Below are positions 63,501 to 64,000 of a DNA stretch of 64,000 nucleotides, in pieces. This stretch comes from Podarcis filfolensis (lineage: Eukaryota), in the NCBI GenBank assembly GCA_964270895.1, contig OZ185453.1, one strand, 5' to 3'. The notes below the pieces were generated by a model that was not told the DNA's origin, did not search any database, and saw only the letters and a list, made by a program, of their open reading frames with translations. The number at the start of each line of letters is the position of its first letter. Position 1 is the first letter of the stretch. Made by a program: the position numbers and the translations under genes.

Positions 63501-63787
63501 CAATAAAAAACCTTTCCATAAGAGGCCAGCCAATGCGAAAGCACCATTCTACTTTTGTCCCACCCACCGCCTGCTTCCTTAACCAATCGGAAACATGGCA
63601 ACGGTTGCCCCAGCCCGCCCACCCACTCCCCTGAGAGGAAACCAAGGAGCGGCGCCGGTTTCCCTTCACCTCCGGACAAGGTCAGTGTCCACAACCGCAG
63701 TCGAAACCGTCGTCTTACCGAGCGGGACGCCAACAAGGCTGGCCTCCATAGCTGCCTGCCAGTGTACAAAACTGCCGAAGCCGCCAT
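54543..63787 (-). CDS. IDH3G: NAD-dependent isocitrate dehydrogenase gamma subunit, mitochondrial; complete CDS, about 404 aa
   Basis: Exon sizes 69/42/12/98/113/61/133/134/103/147/95/61/96 follow the recalled human layout. Motifs [90 protein letters not shown]. The terminal exon is inferred. Confidence 0.96.
54799..54894 (-). CDS. IDH3G: IDH3G exon 13
   Basis: ctccag|[32 protein letters not shown]|gtgagt. Confidence 0.92.
55883..55943 (-). CDS. IDH3G: IDH3G exon 12
   Basis: ttgcag|[20 protein letters not shown]|gtgagt. Confidence 0.94.
56432..56526 (-). CDS. IDH3G: IDH3G exon 11
   Basis: cttcag|[31 protein letters not shown]|gtacgt. Confidence 0.96.
56873..57019 (-). CDS. IDH3G: IDH3G exon 10
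   Basis: tcctag|[49 protein letters not shown]|gtgagt. Confidence 0.96.
57588..57690 (-). CDS. IDH3G: IDH3G exon 9
   Basis: tattag|[34 protein letters not shown]|gtactt. Confidence 0.96.
58071..58204 (-). CDS. IDH3G: IDH3G exon 8
   Basis: ctccag|[25 protein letters not shown]...VHKANI|gtacgt. Confidence 0.96.
58901..59033 (-). CDS. IDH3G: IDH3G exon 7
   Basis: ccacag|[15 protein letters not shown]...[13 protein letters not shown]|gtgcta. Confidence 0.96.
59657..59717 (-). CDS. IDH3G: IDH3G exon 6
   Basis: ttatag|[19 protein letters not shown]|gtgagt. Confidence 0.95.
60015..60230 (+). mobile_element. CORE-type (MIR-like) SINE
   Basis: B-box gggttcaactcc, core ctgggtaaccttgggccagtca...cctacctcacagggttgttgtgagga; related copy at about 63105-63290. 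Confidence 0.65.
60508..60620 (-). CDS. IDH3G: IDH3G exon 5
   Basis: ccccag|[37 protein letters not shown]|gtgatc. Confidence 0.95.
60764..60861 (-). CDS. IDH3G: IDH3G exon 4
   Basis: ccacag|[32 protein letters not shown]|gtacaa. Confidence 0.96.
61850..61861 (-). CDS. IDH3G: IDH3G exon 3 (12-nt micro-exon QQTI)
   Basis: ctacag|CAACAGACTATT|gtaagt; human counterpart is EQTI. Confidence 0.85.
62837..62878 (-). CDS. IDH3G: IDH3G exon 2
   Basis: tcacag|[14 protein letters not shown]|gtttgt; 42 nt, as in human. Confidence 0.8.
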
Positions 63788-63970
63788 CCTTGAATCTTCT
63801 GAGGGGGAAGAATTAAGAGGAGTCTTATCCAGATACCGCGAGACCTGTGACGAAATCCCGTAAGAAACCGCGTCTTCCCGCACAAGCGGCGGGAGGAGCG
63901 CATGCGCAGTAAAGTTGCTTTCGCCTGTCTCTTCCGACAGAGCTTGAGATCCTTGTAATTCCCGGTGGAT
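63456..63970. promoter_or_regulatory. CpG-rich IDH3G promoter region, probably bidirectional (IDH3G/SSR4)
   Basis: NRF1 palindrome GCGCATGCGC at 63898-63907; four + strand CCAAT boxes (63456, 63500, 63530, 63583); high CpG density. Confidence 0.7.
63719..63787 (-). CDS. IDH3G: IDH3G exon 1 (mitochondrial transit peptide)
   Basis: aggATGGCGGCT; [23 protein letters not shown]|gtaaga; Arg/Ala/Leu-rich with no acidic residues. Confidence 0.88.
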
Positions 63971-64000
63971 ATTCTCCGGGATATTCTCCTAGCATTCTCA

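Noticed and set aside
63788-63883. Apparent N-terminal extension of IDH3G (MREDAVSYG...)
   Set aside because: The ORF finder started at GTG; the extension is acidic and unlike a transit peptide; the ATG at 63787 has good context and gives a human-like exon 1.

Overview
This is vertebrate, intron-containing genomic DNA, most likely from a squamate reptile. Sauria-type SINEs with a GGGACCCCTGACCATTAGGTCCAG tail point to a lacertid such as Podarcis (inference). The window holds the syntenic block known from human Xq28. (1) The 3' half of PLXNB3 (+): 21 coding exons, 12-23021, IPT domains through the TM helix and split GAP/RBD, about 1013 codons. (2) A complete SRPK3 (+): 16 coding exons, 26885-50737, about 603 aa. 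(3) A complete IDH3G (-): 13 exons matching the human layout plus a probable 14th, 63787-54543, about 404 aa. The window ends in a CpG-rich promoter where SSR4 is expected head-to-head just outside. Exons were traced by hand using GT-AG boundaries, phase continuity and recalled human protein sequences. Introns contain many TA-flanked Tc1/mariner-type MITEs, hAT MITEs with 8-bp TSDs, SINEs, LINE tails and microsatellites. I see no wholly new biological system; there is no prokaryotic content or CRISPR. The most interesting signals concern SRPK3 and IDH3G. SRPK3 appears to have two promoters: a CpG-island start with an SRPK1/SRPK2-like 16-nt micro-exon plus a basic exon, and an internal MEF2/E-box muscle promoter with its own in-phase first exon. 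SRPK3 also has a U12-type intron and several candidate unannotated exons in the kinase spacer region. IDH3G appears to carry an extra terminal coding exon.
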